Shown: piece by piece, positions 38,202 to 51,088 of the stretch | Layout of the letters: each line of letters starts with the position of its first letter | Numbering within the stretch: the stretch's first letter is position 1 | Source: Camelus ferus | Lineage: Eukaryota | Direction: 5' to 3' | Length of the DNA: 64,000 nucleotides | NCBI RefSeq assembly: GCF_009834535.1 | Contig: NC_045697.1 | Span: 32,118,001-32,182,000, forward strand | The notes under the pieces: model-generated | What the model was told of the DNA's origin: nothing | The model's database searches: none | The model's input: only the letters and a program-made list of their open reading frames with translations | Made by a program: the position numbers and the translations under genes

Positions 38202-38362
38202 CGGGCCACCTATTTTTTTTTTAATTGTGCTTCCTTTATCGGACTTCGCAGATACTGTGTTTTTTACAAATTGAAGGCTTATGGTAACCCTTTATTGTCA
38301 GATGATGGTTAGAATTTTTTAGCAATAATGTTATTTTAATTAAGGTATATATATTTACATAT
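38202..38362 (+). mobile_element. Tigger1 internal-deletion derivative (TcMar DNA transposon fragment)
   Basis: The Tigger1 left end (cttcgcagatactgtgttttttacaaattgaagg) is joined directly to right-end sequence (cagatgatggttagaattttttagcaataa..ttaattaaggtat). Confidence 0.75.
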
Positions 38363-38399
38363 TTAAATAAGACAGGATATAACAAAAAGTCCAGAGGAA

Positions 38400-38860
38400 A
38401 AAGAGACTGAAAAAACTGGGAATACAAGGATAGTAGGAGACTGGATCTAAGGATCCAAGAATCAGAAGACCCAACTGATTCACAAATAAGGGGGTTTATT
38501 AATTCATAGAACAAGAAATCCTGAGGAAGGGAAACTGTAGGGTTATTAATTTAGCAGCTCAAAGTTATCAGCAACAACCCAGGATTTCACCATCTTCCCA
38601 CTCTGTCATAATCAGTGAGTCAGCTTACCTCACAGAAATATGGCTATGGTTCCCGACATCAAATACTCCCATGTCAATGAAAGGGGTAGAAAAAGTGACT
38701 ATCTTTTCTTTGTCTGTGTGTTTAAGAACTCAGAAACTTTCCTCAGAATGTTTCAGACATCCCTTTATATCTCCCTAGCCATATTTGGATAACATGGCCA
38801 AACTAAAATCCATCATTGGCAAAGTTCATGGGATCTGAAAATTGCCTTAAACTCATAAAG
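38400..38860 (-). mobile_element. Old MaLR LTR (MLT1J/K-like)
   Basis: aataagggggtttattaattcatagaacaagaaatcc..agaaactttcctcagaa..ataacatggccaa. Confidence 0.5.
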
Positions 38861-39314
38861 ATTTACCAAAACACATGGGGATGTGTGGACATAAAGTCAG
38901 AACAAAATTTAGGCTCTACCCACAGGGAAAAGGTTGGGAATAAGTGTTGGATGAGCTACATCCTACATCCTCTAAAATTTGGTGTTGTAAACCTCATAAG
39001 TTTCTATCAGTATGATTATAAAAATTTCTCAATCCAGTCCCCAACCTACTCTCTGAAGACATGGGAATTCACAAAGGAAGTCAGCATCTTTCCAAAAGGA
39101 TTCAATCTATGACTACCAACCAGGTTGAAAGACACTTACCTTTTGCTGACGTTAAAGAGATAAAACATCAAAAAAGCAGAATATTCGGACACCAGTTTCT
39201 TACGTACACCTGGCAAATTATACCAATTCTTCCAGTTTTAAATTCCAGTAGCAGAAAGTGAAAATATGGCATAATCTTTAGATGCACATGCTCAGAAGTC
39301 AGACTTCTACTATA

Positions 39315-39545
39315 CAGTGGTGTGCTGAAACTGGTCCACCCAGTCTTGTAAGAACTGATGGCTATGAAGGAAGTGCTATGTAGTGATGTTTTACTGTACA
39401 TCTGTGCCCAGCTCAGTGACATCACATTTGTAGCTTAGACTCAACCATGATGAGCATATTAACACCACAGAAACTCCCAAATGCTGCAGATCAAGGCTTC
39501 CCTCTCCCTCCAGAAAGCTGATTATTAAATATTCACCCTAAAAAA
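39315..39545 (+). mobile_element. MER63-like hAT (Blackjack) DNA transposon fossil
   Basis: cagtggtgtgctg terminus and the internal tcagtgacatcacatttgtagctt..aacaccacagaaa block. Confidence 0.65.
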
Positions 39546-41346
39546 CACTTTATGTTCATCTTCTTCATTTTCTTAGCTTGAATAACCTTGGGCAACTTAT
39601 CCACACATTCCCTTACTTTCTTCATCTGTTGGTACTAAAAGTACCTACCTCATAGATGAAATATGTTTTACGAGACATCTAGCCATCTGTTTGACTGTAT
39701 CATAAATATTCAATAAATATACATTACTTTTGTTATCACTACAATTATGGAAGTAAGATGTTTTTTGGAGTTTATAGTGCAAGGTGACTCGACAACATTG
39801 ACAATAGACCCAGGATTTGCAAACCCACAATCTTCCAACAGTGCTTTGTCAATCCTACAAAGAATATCAAATACACTAAAACTCAACAAAAGCATTAGCA
39901 GTGCTTTTAGCTTGCAGTTTCTGTTTTCCTTAGAATTATTCAGACAGGATGGAGTGCAGGACACAACATCTCCATGGAAATGCAGGTCCCTTGAGAGAAG
40001 AGCAGGACGCAATAAGGACCCTAAGTCCTCAGTGGATCCAAAGGGGTTCCCTGGAGGAGGGTGTGTCAACAAAGAGGGCACACACACAGCCCACGTGGCA
40101 AACAGGAAGTGAAAGTAGGAGAGAGATGAGAACTGCACAGCTTCCAAGGTTGAAATTCTCAGAATGCTTCTTTTTTTAACAAAACAAAACAAAACAAAAA
40201 AACCCAAAAAACTTTGATTTGATTTTTACCATTTTTAATTATCATCACTCCTTAAAAAAATTTGTTCAGATGTAACCAATTTTCCTGTGGTACCTTTATG
40301 ATTACTTAGCTTCTGAAGGGGGAGAGGTTATATTATCAGTTAATTTACTTCTCAGCTATCATTACAGTGATTAATGACTGGCCGTACCAAGAAGTGTGCT
40401 TTTCATTTTTTTTCTCATTAAAATTGTGCAAGGAATGTTGACAGTACCAATTGTAACTTAGCAGGCATTTTGGGTTCAAGAATTCAAGAATATTTGAGAA
40501 CCTTTCTGTGGATGGTTGCTCCAGTGAATAGATTTCAAATTATGTGAAATTGGTTTCATGTTAAAAGTACTAGAGTTTGTCCTAAAAAAATACATTAATT
40601 TTATTAAATTGTTTAGCAGCTTGAAATTTGGACAGAACCAGATAAGGGGAAAGACAGAAGACAAGACAGCCCTCGCTGCTGACTGATCCTATGCACTGCA
40701 CTAATGCAAAGTAATTCTCTGAGGTCAGGGTAATCTCTCCATCCTCAAGGTGATAGAATGGGGACAAAGCTTCAGTGAAGTCAAGGGAGCATAGAGATGG
40801 TTGTGGCTCAAAGGAAGGGGATCGGAGTCGGGGGAGATAGTACTTCTAGTTAGAGTTCCCATCAACATACCCTCAAGGTAGGGCTACCGTCCCAGGCATC
40901 TTCCTCACTGACATCTCGAGCCCATCAGTGCTCCTCTGTGTGCTGTCTCACTGCAGCACAGGAACCTGAGCTTCTCACACAATGGCTCAATGCGCCAAGA
41001 GTTAGGGAGAAGAAGTAGCCAGTCCTCTTAAAGGCTGGGCTTGGAACTGGCACAGTGTCATCTTCCCCTTATTATACTGGTCAGATCAGTCACAAGCAGC
41101 CCAGATCCACGAAGAAGAGTAGGCATTGTACAGAGAGGGAAAGAATTGTTGGCAGCAGCCATATTTCCTGGTAACTTCTGCACAAGGGGGTTGGGGTGGG
41201 AGGGTGGAGCTCTGTCATAAGGGGTATGGAAAATAGCTGTTCTTGGCAGATTTAGGAAGAGATTGGAAAATTACTTGGATAAACAAGTAGTATGATGGAA
41301 ACAAGCATTAACTTTGTGATAAGGTTATAAAAATGATGAGACATAG

Positions 41347-41748
41347 TGTTATGAATTGAATTGTGCTCTCCCCCTTCCTCCAATTTATATGTTGAAGTTC
41401 AAAACTCCAGTACTTCAGAAGATGACTGTCTTTGTGGAAAGGGCCTTTAATGAGGTAATTAAAATATACTGAGGTCATATGTGTAGGCTTTAATCCAACA
41501 TGACTGACCTTCTTATTGGAAGAGGAGATTAGGACACAGAAAACTCAGACCAAGGGAAGAACGTGCAAGAACACAGGAAGAAGTCATCCACCTGCAAACT
41601 AATGAGAGAGGTTTCAGAAGAACCCAAACTTCCTGACACCTTAACCTTTGACCTGTAGCCTTCAGAACTGTGAGAATATTAATTTCTGTTGTTTAAGACA
41701 CCCAGTCTGTGGTACTTTGTGATGGCAGCCCCAGCAATCAGTAATGCA
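41347..41748 (+). mobile_element. MaLR solo LTR, MLT1B-like
   Basis: tgttatgaattgaattgtg..cttcagaactgtgagaat..ttctgttgtttaagacacccagtctgtggtactttgtgatggcagccc. Confidence 0.85.
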
Positions 41749-42639
41749 ATCAGTTTCCTCAAGACACTTTACTCCACAGAAGGTGTAGACAAGGAATTAG
41801 GCATTTCTAATACCTGCAACAGAGGGTAGACCCGTGATGCTATGGGGCATATGAGATAGGCATTGTATTCTCTTAGTCTATGCTTTGTACTGGCAGAATG
41901 ACCCATTGCTTTTTCTGAGGGTAAAATGAGACATTTACATAAAACACTGAAACATACTGGAAGCCCACTATATTAGTAGTTCTTCAGATACTTCCTTCAT
42001 GCCTATTGTATACACGCATGATGTTTTCTCTCCTACCCCTGGATGGAAAAAATGCAGAGAGCCAGAGTGGAAAAGCTAAAGAATATTCCACTGACCCACC
42101 CCTGCTGGCTGCTCCCAGGTGTGGTGCCTGGCAGGGCAGCTCTGACTCATGCAGGAGAGAAGACTTTTTACAACCAAATGGCTCCTAGTTCTGAAGTTCT
42201 GTGAAGCTGTATGAACGATCCAGAATGGTTCCAATGAAACTCTTACAATATTCTGGATTGCTTCATTCTGCTCAAGTTAAAAAGAAATTTCTCAAGATTA
42301 GTTTCAATTATCATTGAGAGCAAAGACTAGTAAATAGAATTTCTCATTATTTCTTAAATAATATGAAAATGTAATGTAATGTTTCAGCAAATACTAATGG
42401 CTATTTAAGGATATTTCATCAAAGTTTGTAAATGATGAAAGGTTTATCGGAAAGAGTTTATACTAAAGGGAAATTATCTTGGGAAGTCTTCCTGGAGGTG
42501 CTATTTCTAACAAGATCAAGCAAGCATTAACTGCGTGTCATTCATCAGGGGGGAGTTATTTATATTTCTGATTTATTGTTTTAATTAAGCATTGTTTCTT
42601 AACAATATTCATGACTCAGGGCAGCTGAATAGGGTATAG

Positions 42640-43231
42640 GTTATAGCTATGCAAAATATACCAGGCTCAGTGAGTCCTTGCAGAGAAACAACCCCAGGGT
42701 CATATCCAAAAAGATATCAAACAAATGCTTTTGTAGTCAAGGTTTACAAAAATAACCCCTGGAATAAGAATATCCTTGCATATTCTAATGCACTTTTGAC
42801 ACAAGAAAAACCTTGCTTGTACTTGTGCTTGCTTCTCTCACCCCTGCCTGTTCAATAATGAACCCTCTGAGGGAAGTGTGTATCTATATTGTTAAATAAG
42901 GATGGATTCCCTAGTTACCGCATTTTAAAGGCGAGACAGGTTGCGGGGCCCATTTGGGTGGTGGCCTCCCTTGTTAGGTCGCTGAGGCTGTGTGCGCTTT
43001 TCCCTCGGTCAGTGGGAGGAACCTGGGCTCGTGTTTCTCACTCTTTCTGCCCTGCCAGCACTCCACCTGTAGGAAATACTTAACATGCTGCTTCTCACAT
43101 GCTGCTTTTATTCTAGCTTAGCTTGTCCCTCTATGCCGAATTATACACCATCGAATAGAGTCTCAGAAGGTTTGCTGGTGGGACAGATAAAACCCATGTT
43201 CTAAACTTGGCCCTAGAGTCTGGGAATGACA
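42640..43231 (+). mobile_element. Possible ERVL LTR (MER74-like)
   Basis: Ends taaacttggccctagagtctgggaatgaca, resembling MER73/74 termini. Start unclear. Confidence 0.35.
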
Positions 43232-44214
43232 CTTTAGTTACCAAAATCCTCTCTTCAGATTACACTCAGTTTCAAGTGCCATTTTTTTGGCATTAATTTG
43301 TGTGATAATATCTCTACAGTGAGAGTTTAGCTGCTCAGGGTTCTACATGTGAGAGCTACATACACAACAGTCGTCTCCTTGGATAACATAGAAAGTATCT
43401 TTATTTATTATGATTATGATAACCTAATGATATTATGATAACCTAATGTATATTCCAAAGGTTTGGTGATACTAAGATAAGAAAGTGTTCACTAGCTTAC
43501 TAATATCTTGGGAGTTTTTGATTGTAAACAACAGAAATTGACTCTGGGTAATATAAAAAGATTATGGGATTTATAAGGAGGGTATAAGACCATAGAATCA
43601 ATTTTAAGGCAAGAGGACCAAGCTTGTGAAAAGGGCATAATTCAAAAGAAAGCAGGCAGAGAGTGTAGCTCAGCTCTTGTTGGAGAGAAAGTCTAGTCTA
43701 GGCAGGTTATCACCCCAATTACATATGCACTACTTCTGTTTCCACGAGTAATTCTAAGTGCCCCTCTGTCCTTGAATCACTTTATCAGGATTCTGGGTAA
43801 TAAACAAGAGTATCTAATTGGCTGATCTTTGTTCACATGCCACTAGCTTCCAGGGATCAATGAGAGGATATAACTGCCTACTTTGTTTTCTGCTTTGGGA
43901 GATGGAGAATACCTTCAATATAAGAGGGAGCTTCAGATGCTTGGTAACCAAATAAAGAAACTTAAACAAAGATCCCTTCTTCCAAATCTGTAAGATTATG
44001 TTAATATTTCTAATAACACAAAGAATGTTGAACTGGCTTTGACACAATACCCTCACCAATTGCACTACTACGCCAGAAAAAAGTTTTCCACTAAGTAGGT
44101 ATATCAATCAAGGTCATCATCCTTTACTTACAGTTTTATTCATGATACATAGGAATAGCAAATAGTATTTCTTATAATCTCATCCCAGAGAATTTATTAC
44201 AGTTGTGCTAAATT

Positions 44215-44420
44215 TCCATTTACTGAGTAATTACTATATTCCAGGCGCTAGGCTAGGTATATATTTACAACATCCTATTTAGTCTTCATAAGGACTTTGC
44301 AAAATCTGTATCATTCATTTCATTTTCTACATGAAGAAAATGATATTCAGAAAGGTACATAATGATCTCAAAGTCACCAAGTTGTTTACATGTAGAACCA
44401 GGACTAGAATCTAGAATTTC
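44215..44420 (-). mobile_element. MIR SINE
   Basis: catttactgagtaattactatattccaggc..cattttctacatgaagaaaatga..caaagtcac. Confidence 0.7.
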
Positions 44421-44599
44421 CTTCCTTTCTTCTTTTCTTTCTTCTACATTAAAGTCCTTGCTCATAATAGTTTCACCACTTTAGCATAACTGATCAGCAG
44501 TGTAAAAGCCCATGAATTTCACCTCCATGAAATAAATCTAAATCTTTTTTTTGGATTCTCTGTGACATAGCCTGATTTGCTTTTTAAACTTAAAAATTC

Positions 44600-45457
44600 T
44601 ATGATATTGTGATTTCTAAAATATATCTATGTATTTGGTCTTCACCCCCATTTCTAGTCCAAAGTTCCTAAAGCCTTTGGAATTGATGAGTGCAATAAAA
44701 TTTTTTTAATTAAAAAATAAAAAAACCTTTGGAAGTGATAAGAATAGTAAGGGTGTCTTTTTTTATGCTAATGAGGCGACTTTTAGCCCTCACCTAAGCA
44801 GGTTGCCAAGAGAATCAACCATGAAATTAGATGGTTGCAACTTTTAGTTCTACCCTCCCACTTCTGGGGAGTGGAGAGGGACTAGAATTTGAATCAGTCT
44901 ACAGTGGCCAGTGATTTAATCAACTGTGACTATGTAAAAGAGCTTCTATAAACACCCAAAAGGATAGGGTTCTGATAGCTTCAGGTTAGTAAACATGTGG
45001 AGCTTGGAGAGTGGCACACTTGGAGAGAGCAGGGGAGCTCCCTGTCACCGTATCTTGGCCCTGCGCATCTCATCCACATGGATGTTTATCTGTATCCTTT
45101 ATCATATCCTTTTATAATAAACCAGTAATCCAGTAAGTAAAATGTTTCTCTGAGTTCTGTGAGCTGCTCTAGTAAATTAATCGACACCAAGGAGAGAGTC
45201 GTGGGAATCTTTGATTTATAGCCACTCAGTCAAAAGTACAGGTAACAACCTGGGCTTGGGACTGGCATCTGAAGTAGGGGAAGGGGCTGTTTTGTTAAGA
45301 CTGAACCTTTAACCTGTGATATCTGATGCTGTCTCTGGGTAGATAGTTATGGAATTGAGTTGAATCATCAAACTTCCTGCATGTGTCCAAGAATTGCTTG
45401 TAGGTGGTGTGGGAAATGACCCCTCCTTCCACACATGGAAATTTGGGTCCCAGAACA
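44600..45457 (+). mobile_element. MER21-like LTR
   Basis: tgatattgtgattt..gtatttggtcttc, aataaaccagtaat..gtttctctgagttctgtgagctgctctagtaaatt, caggtaacaacctgggcttg. Confidence 0.75.
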
Positions 45458-46394
45458 CTCATTTAAAATCATTCCAGACTTCCACTCAGAAATGAAAACC
45501 TACTTGAAAAGCTACGGATCCTTGATTGTGTCACTGAAAAACAGAACAGAAGCTACAGCACTCTAAGAAAAAGTGGAACAGGAGATCGTCAATGTGGCCT
45601 TACAGTTGGCATGCTTCACTGGGAATCAGAGCAGAGTAGACAAGCATCTGTCATCAAATGTTGCAAAGGCCACTGCCCCAGTTAAACTGTTGTGAACTGG
45701 GGCACTTGAGTCTGAGTAATTCAGGGCTTTTATTTTCAGCACATGTCCCCATTCATTCCAGTAGAAATGAAGGCCATCTCTTGATTTCAAAAATGTGCCA
45801 TTTACTTGCTACACATAATCTATAACTTTCATCCAACCAGTAAAAACAGAAAACTGAAAAAATGTTACATTGTCAGATAAAAGAAGTTGAAAGCATTTGA
45901 GTAAAAGGGAAAGTGAAAAATTTGCTAGGGTCTATTCAACCAAAAGATGTATTTCTAGTTGTTTGCCCTAAATGTGCTTCTTTCCCCTTATAATTTGTTC
46001 TGTAACACGTCCTACTGGCCCCAAACAGATACCCTCGTTTATTAACCAAGGAAAATGCCTCCATTCCATACAAACCCATATAATGCAAACACTACTTGGA
46101 AGGAGGAAAGGGACCTATATTTTGTGAGATTTTTCTATTCAAATGCTAACCAATCTGCATAGCTTATTTCAACCAGAGATCAGAAACAGACCACTTTATC
46201 ATGTACATGCTGCTTTAGCCCTGTGAGCCACTCTGGATTCTTCCTGTTTATTATTATTGTGCTGTTTTTTTCCTGGCAGGTAAAGCCCTGGTTTTGTCTA
46301 GGGAAAAGGGCTAATCTGAGTAGAGAAAGTGGTAGACACATTCATGGCCATGGAAAGATGCAGTAAGGTTTTTGCTCAGTAACAGGCAGGGTTA

Positions 46395-46605
46395 TGCTGT
46401 AGTTGTGAGCACTGGAATCAGGCTCTCCTGATTCAGATCCTGGTTATTGGCTGAGTATTGGGCAAGTAATTTAGTCAATCTGTAATTCAGTAGCTTCATA
46501 TGTAAAACAGAGGTGTGATAAGAGTGCTTCATAGAGTTATTATGAGGACTGAGTGAGTTAATAATATAAAGCATCTAGGTCAACCCATAGTAAGTCTTCA
46601 GGAAA
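46395..46605 (+). mobile_element. MIR SINE
   Basis: actggaatcagg..ttgggcaagtaattt..catatgtaaaacagagg..atagagttattatgaggactgagtgag. Confidence 0.75.
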
Positions 46606-47659
46606 TATCAAAATTACAGAAATTTAACACATGCATTTTCTCATGTTATCATTCTTCCAAGATATTTTCATATAGTTACCTAATATTCAACCATAGAGAT
46701 GAAAAATAGTTGACTTCACTCACTGCCTGTTGTAGCATATTTTTAGATCGCTTTAAATTTTTCAGTTACGCATTTGTTTATTTTTTCAGATTAACCTTAA
46801 AATCACTTTGCCAACTTCAAGAAAAATACTCCTAGAATTTTAATTGGAATTATATTAACCCTATATATTTATTTTGAGGAGGTTCTTTTGCAAAGTCCAG
46901 TTTTCTCATCCCAAGATACACTATTATCTGTCTACATATCTAATCTTCTTAAAAATTGCCTCTAATATTTTACAATTATTTTTATAGCGGTTATCTATAT
47001 TTATTTTTACATTAATTCTTATGTATTTCATAATTCTGCCATTGGGAACTAGTAAATAGAATTTATTTTTATTTCTTGCTGTTATGAAATATTTAGTATT
47101 TTGTTTATGTGACTTTTTATACAGATGTTATAATTTTTCATAGTAAAGAAATCAAGATTTTTGGGGTTTTTATGCACAGAAAAAATATGAACCTAAATCC
47201 GGAGTTAAGAGCAATTTTCACCTATAACTTTTTTTAAAAAAATAAAGCACTTTCTAAAAGGTAGAAATTTAATCCATAATGTAAAAGTACCTCTAAGAAA
47301 TAGGATGATGTCATAGAGAAATCACTGCAATTACAATAAGCAGAATCCTAGCTTCACCTCCCTTAAACAAAGAGCCAGTAAGATCATCTTAGTCCAAACA
47401 GAAAGAGCAAGAACTTAAGAAGACTCCATGCTTCATTAACAGGTTCATTAATGAGTTAAAAAGTACAGAAGTCTAACATTTATCACAGTCCTGCATTCTT
47501 TTCTACACATTCCTCCTTAGCACTCTTCTCATATTTCTGTAGTTGTCTTGTTTATTTATTGTTTACTTGTTTGTTGTCTATTTTCCCCCCACTCCCAATG
47601 TAATTCATATTAGGGCTGCAGCCTTGGTTGTCTTGTTTATTACAATGATCAACACCCGC

Positions 47660-48166
47660 TGTAGGAGAGAAAAAAAGTTCTCTTCTTCCCTTCTAGGTTC
47701 TTTGGCTGGCCAAATAATTAAATTTGACCCTAAGATAGTCAATTGACAGGAAATGTATTTGACATAAGATAGATAAACAGGAGAAAACAAATTTAATTTC
47801 ATATATATAGAAGACTCAAAAATATGAGACACAAGAATAAGTCAAGCAGTTGACTGTGCCATCTTGAGCTAAGGAATGGGGCAGGAGTCTGGAGATTCAG
47901 AGGGGAGGAGGGTCATTCACAGGGCAATCACAGGAGCAGATGTTTGGTAATTAGATATTTGCCCTGCCATTAAGATAGGTCTTTTGAATAAAAAGTTAGC
48001 TCTGGAAATAACTCTCTTTCTGGGCCAGGCAACCTGTCTAAATTCTTTTAGGCAGTTAAGGGAGAAGTAAAATTGTTTTGAGTTTGTTGGGTCTTGGTTG
48101 CCTTCAGCTGAAAATAATTCACATGCCATAGTGACATATTTGGGGGTCACAGTCTGCTCCCCCTCA
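47660..48166 (-). mobile_element. ERV1 solo LTR, MER34-like
   Basis: tgtaggagag start; gccttcagctgaaaataattcacatgcca..catatttggggg..ccctca end. Confidence 0.65.
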
Positions 48167-48179
48167 CCAATCACAATCT

Positions 48180-50450
48180 CATTTGTTCATTCATTCATTC
48201 AATAAATATGTGTTAATCTCCTATTCTTTGTCAGAAACTATTATATATAGACAAGGACTCTGGCCTCAAAGTGTTCAGAGATTGAAATCAAAGAGGAGAG
48301 AAAGAAAGAAAAGAGGTAAATAAATAATTTCAGGTAATTGTAAGAACTACTGAAGTACAAGTTGATGGAATAGATTGAGCAAAGTGGGGAGGGGTACTAC
48401 TTCAGGAAGAACAGCCAGTAAAGGCCTCTCTAAGGAGGTAAAATATGAACAGACCTGACTGATATGAAAGATGTGTAGGGAGAATGTTGCAGGTACACTG
48501 AGTAAGTACAAAGGTCCTGAGGTGGATAAACTTGGCGGTCTGAGAAGCAGCAATAAAACCAGTGAACAACAGAAAGAATGGAAAGAGAAGAGGTCAGGAA
48601 GGCAGAATATGGTCAGTCAGATCCTTGTTCCCTCAGCTGGAGCTTCTCAGACTTTGTTGAGGCACGCACATCGTCTGGAATCTTGTTACAGTGCAGACTG
48701 ATTCAGTTGATCTGGGGCAGGGGCTGCAATTCTGAATTTCTAACAAGCTTTCAGAGGAAGCTGGGGACCACTTGTTGAGTAGCAAGCTTCTGAGCAATAA
48801 AAAGGAGGTTGGATTTTATTGTAAATATGAGTGAAAATCGTAAAAGGGTCTTGGACTTGGGATGACACAATTTATTTACATTTTGTAAAGGATCACGAAT
48901 GCTGCTGTGTGTAGAAAAGCCTGTTGGGGAGACAGTGTAGCAGTGAGAAACCAGTTAGGAGACGTCTTCAGTCAAGTAACAGGTAGTGTTGGCAGTGAAG
49001 GCACTCAGGAGACATGGTCAAATTTGGGATATATTTTGACTATAGACTCAATAGGATTTTCTGTGGATTAGATGTTGGGTGTCAAAGTAAAAGAGTGATG
49101 AAGACAGACTACTAGTTTTTAGAGTGAACAGCTGGGTGATTTGTGGTTCCTGTTGTAGAGGTGAGTAAGTTGGGAGGAGGAACAAAACGGAAGCGAGGGT
49201 TTGGTTTCAGATATGCTATTTTTGAGAGTATTATATTAAAAATCAAATGAAAGTATTAAGTTATATACCTATAAAGAGCTCAAGGGAGAGTTCTAGTTGG
49301 AAATTTGGGAGTCATTAGATTTTAAAGCGATGCAATTGAGTGAGTTCATCTAGCAAGTGAGTACAGACAGAGAGGAAACTTGAGAGTTGAGAAGAGGAAG
49401 AAAAACTAGCCAAGGGGATAAAGAAGGAGCCAATAGTGAGGTAGATAAAAATGGACGAAAAGACAAAAGCCTAGTAAAGAAGTGCTTCAGCATATGGGGT
49501 AGAGGAAATTGGTGAGGAGGGTAATCAAATACCTCTGGGGGTTTACACAACATGAATGACTGAGAGTTGACCATTGGATTTAGCAAGATGTAGAGGTTGT
49601 TGCTGATTTGACAAAGGTGGTCTTGGTGAAGAGAGTGATGAAATTTTGACTGCAAAAAAGAGAAATCATGGTGTTAAAGTGGAACCAGAGACAATGGACC
49701 ACCCTTTCAAAGATTTTTGCCACTGAGAAATGAGCCATAACTGGAGAGTGATGTTGAGCCAAAGGATTTTTATTTTAAGATAAGAGATATTGAAACATGT
49801 TTATGTGCTGATATGAATGATAGGTCAACAGGAAAACACCGGTTACACAGGTGGAGAGGCTGGATGTGGAGAGGAAAAGAAGTGAAAAGAGAGAATGTGT
49901 GACAAGAGGGAGTGTATGTGTGTGTGTGCGTGTGCGCACATATACATAAACATATATACACATTTGTCTATAAAGATGCATGCAGGTTGACTTATCTTGT
50001 GATGGGAAGATACATTTTTCTCCTGGATGTTTCTTTCAGTGAAATAAGAAAGGTCATCAACTAACAATAAGAAAGGCATATTGCAGATTTGAGCAGTGAA
50101 GAAATGGTGTGTCACAATCATTTCAGAAAGTGAGAAAGCAAATTTATAGGGTAATGTAATAGGACTCAAAAGGCAATACTGAGCAGCCATTTAAGATACA
50201 GTAATATAATTAAAGAGAAACAAGTTGGATTTCCTCCAGTTACATTCATCTATTTAGGGAGCAAATGTCAAGGTTACTGAGGATGTATGTATTCAAGGCA
50301 GAACATATAGTAACGGACCATACGTCTAAACCAAGTGAGAAGGACGTGAGGGCTTGAAAAAGTGGTGAGTCAATGCATTGTTCACATGGGACCAAACAAC
50401 AGTTGTGAAAGTAAGTGAATTGAAAGACAGGAGATTCTTTGACTCTCAGG
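48180..50450 (-). mobile_element. Long L2 LINE fragment with a nested MER5A-like MITE (about 48630-48785)
   Basis: cattcattcattcaataaatat start, gagaaaccagttaggag, tttgggagtcattag, gactgagagttgaccattggatttagc. Confidence 0.7.
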
Positions 50451-50595
50451 TAAATAAAACCCCAAATAACCCTCCCCTACAATTCTCCACAGGTGCTGGA
50501 CAATGTGACTTTAATCACTTGCACACAGCCTGAGTCATCATGAAGTTTTCTAGAAAGACTCACTGCAGATTTCCTTTACCCAGTCAGCCTATGAT

Positions 50596-50601
50596 TTTAT
50601 T
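50596..50601 (-). terminator. Candidate YIPF7 polyadenylation signal AATAAA (alternative ATTAAA at 50689-50694)
   Basis: First AATAAA I see on the minus strand after the stop, about 296 nt downstream. Which signal is used cannot be determined from sequence. Confidence 0.5.
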
Positions 50602-50896
50602 TACTCACAATTTCTCAGAAATACATCTATTGAGAAAAGCAGGGTCCATCAGTACAACTATCTTCCTTTATAAAGCATTCTAAAATGTTTTAATGCACCA
50701 ACCCAAAAGCAAATCATCATTCAAACCAAACAGCCTATTAGAGCCCCATCCTTAAGTGCTGTTTTGTCTCTCTGCTTATTATTCTCTCAACAGCAATAAA
50801 ATAGAAATCATATTACCAAATTTGAATGCTAATACATTTCCAGGATAATCTGCACAGCAAACAAACAGAATCCTGTAATGCTGTCTCAAACGCTCT

Positions 50897-51088
<192 letters not shown>

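Noticed and set aside
36380..38365. atttaca at both edges of the GC-rich block as a possible TSD
   Set aside because: Only 7 bp of AT-rich sequence, and the right copy lies within Tigger1-derived sequence; not significant.
39710..40207. 165-aa minus and 121-aa plus ORFs in unique sequence
   Set aside because: No recognisable homology, non-ATG or weak starts, and no exon-like splice context.
43413..43448. 17-bp repeat attatgataacctaatg twice; similar short duplications at 10020-10041 and 24369-24423
   Set aside because: Ordinary slippage duplications with only two copies; not an array or CRISPR-like structure.
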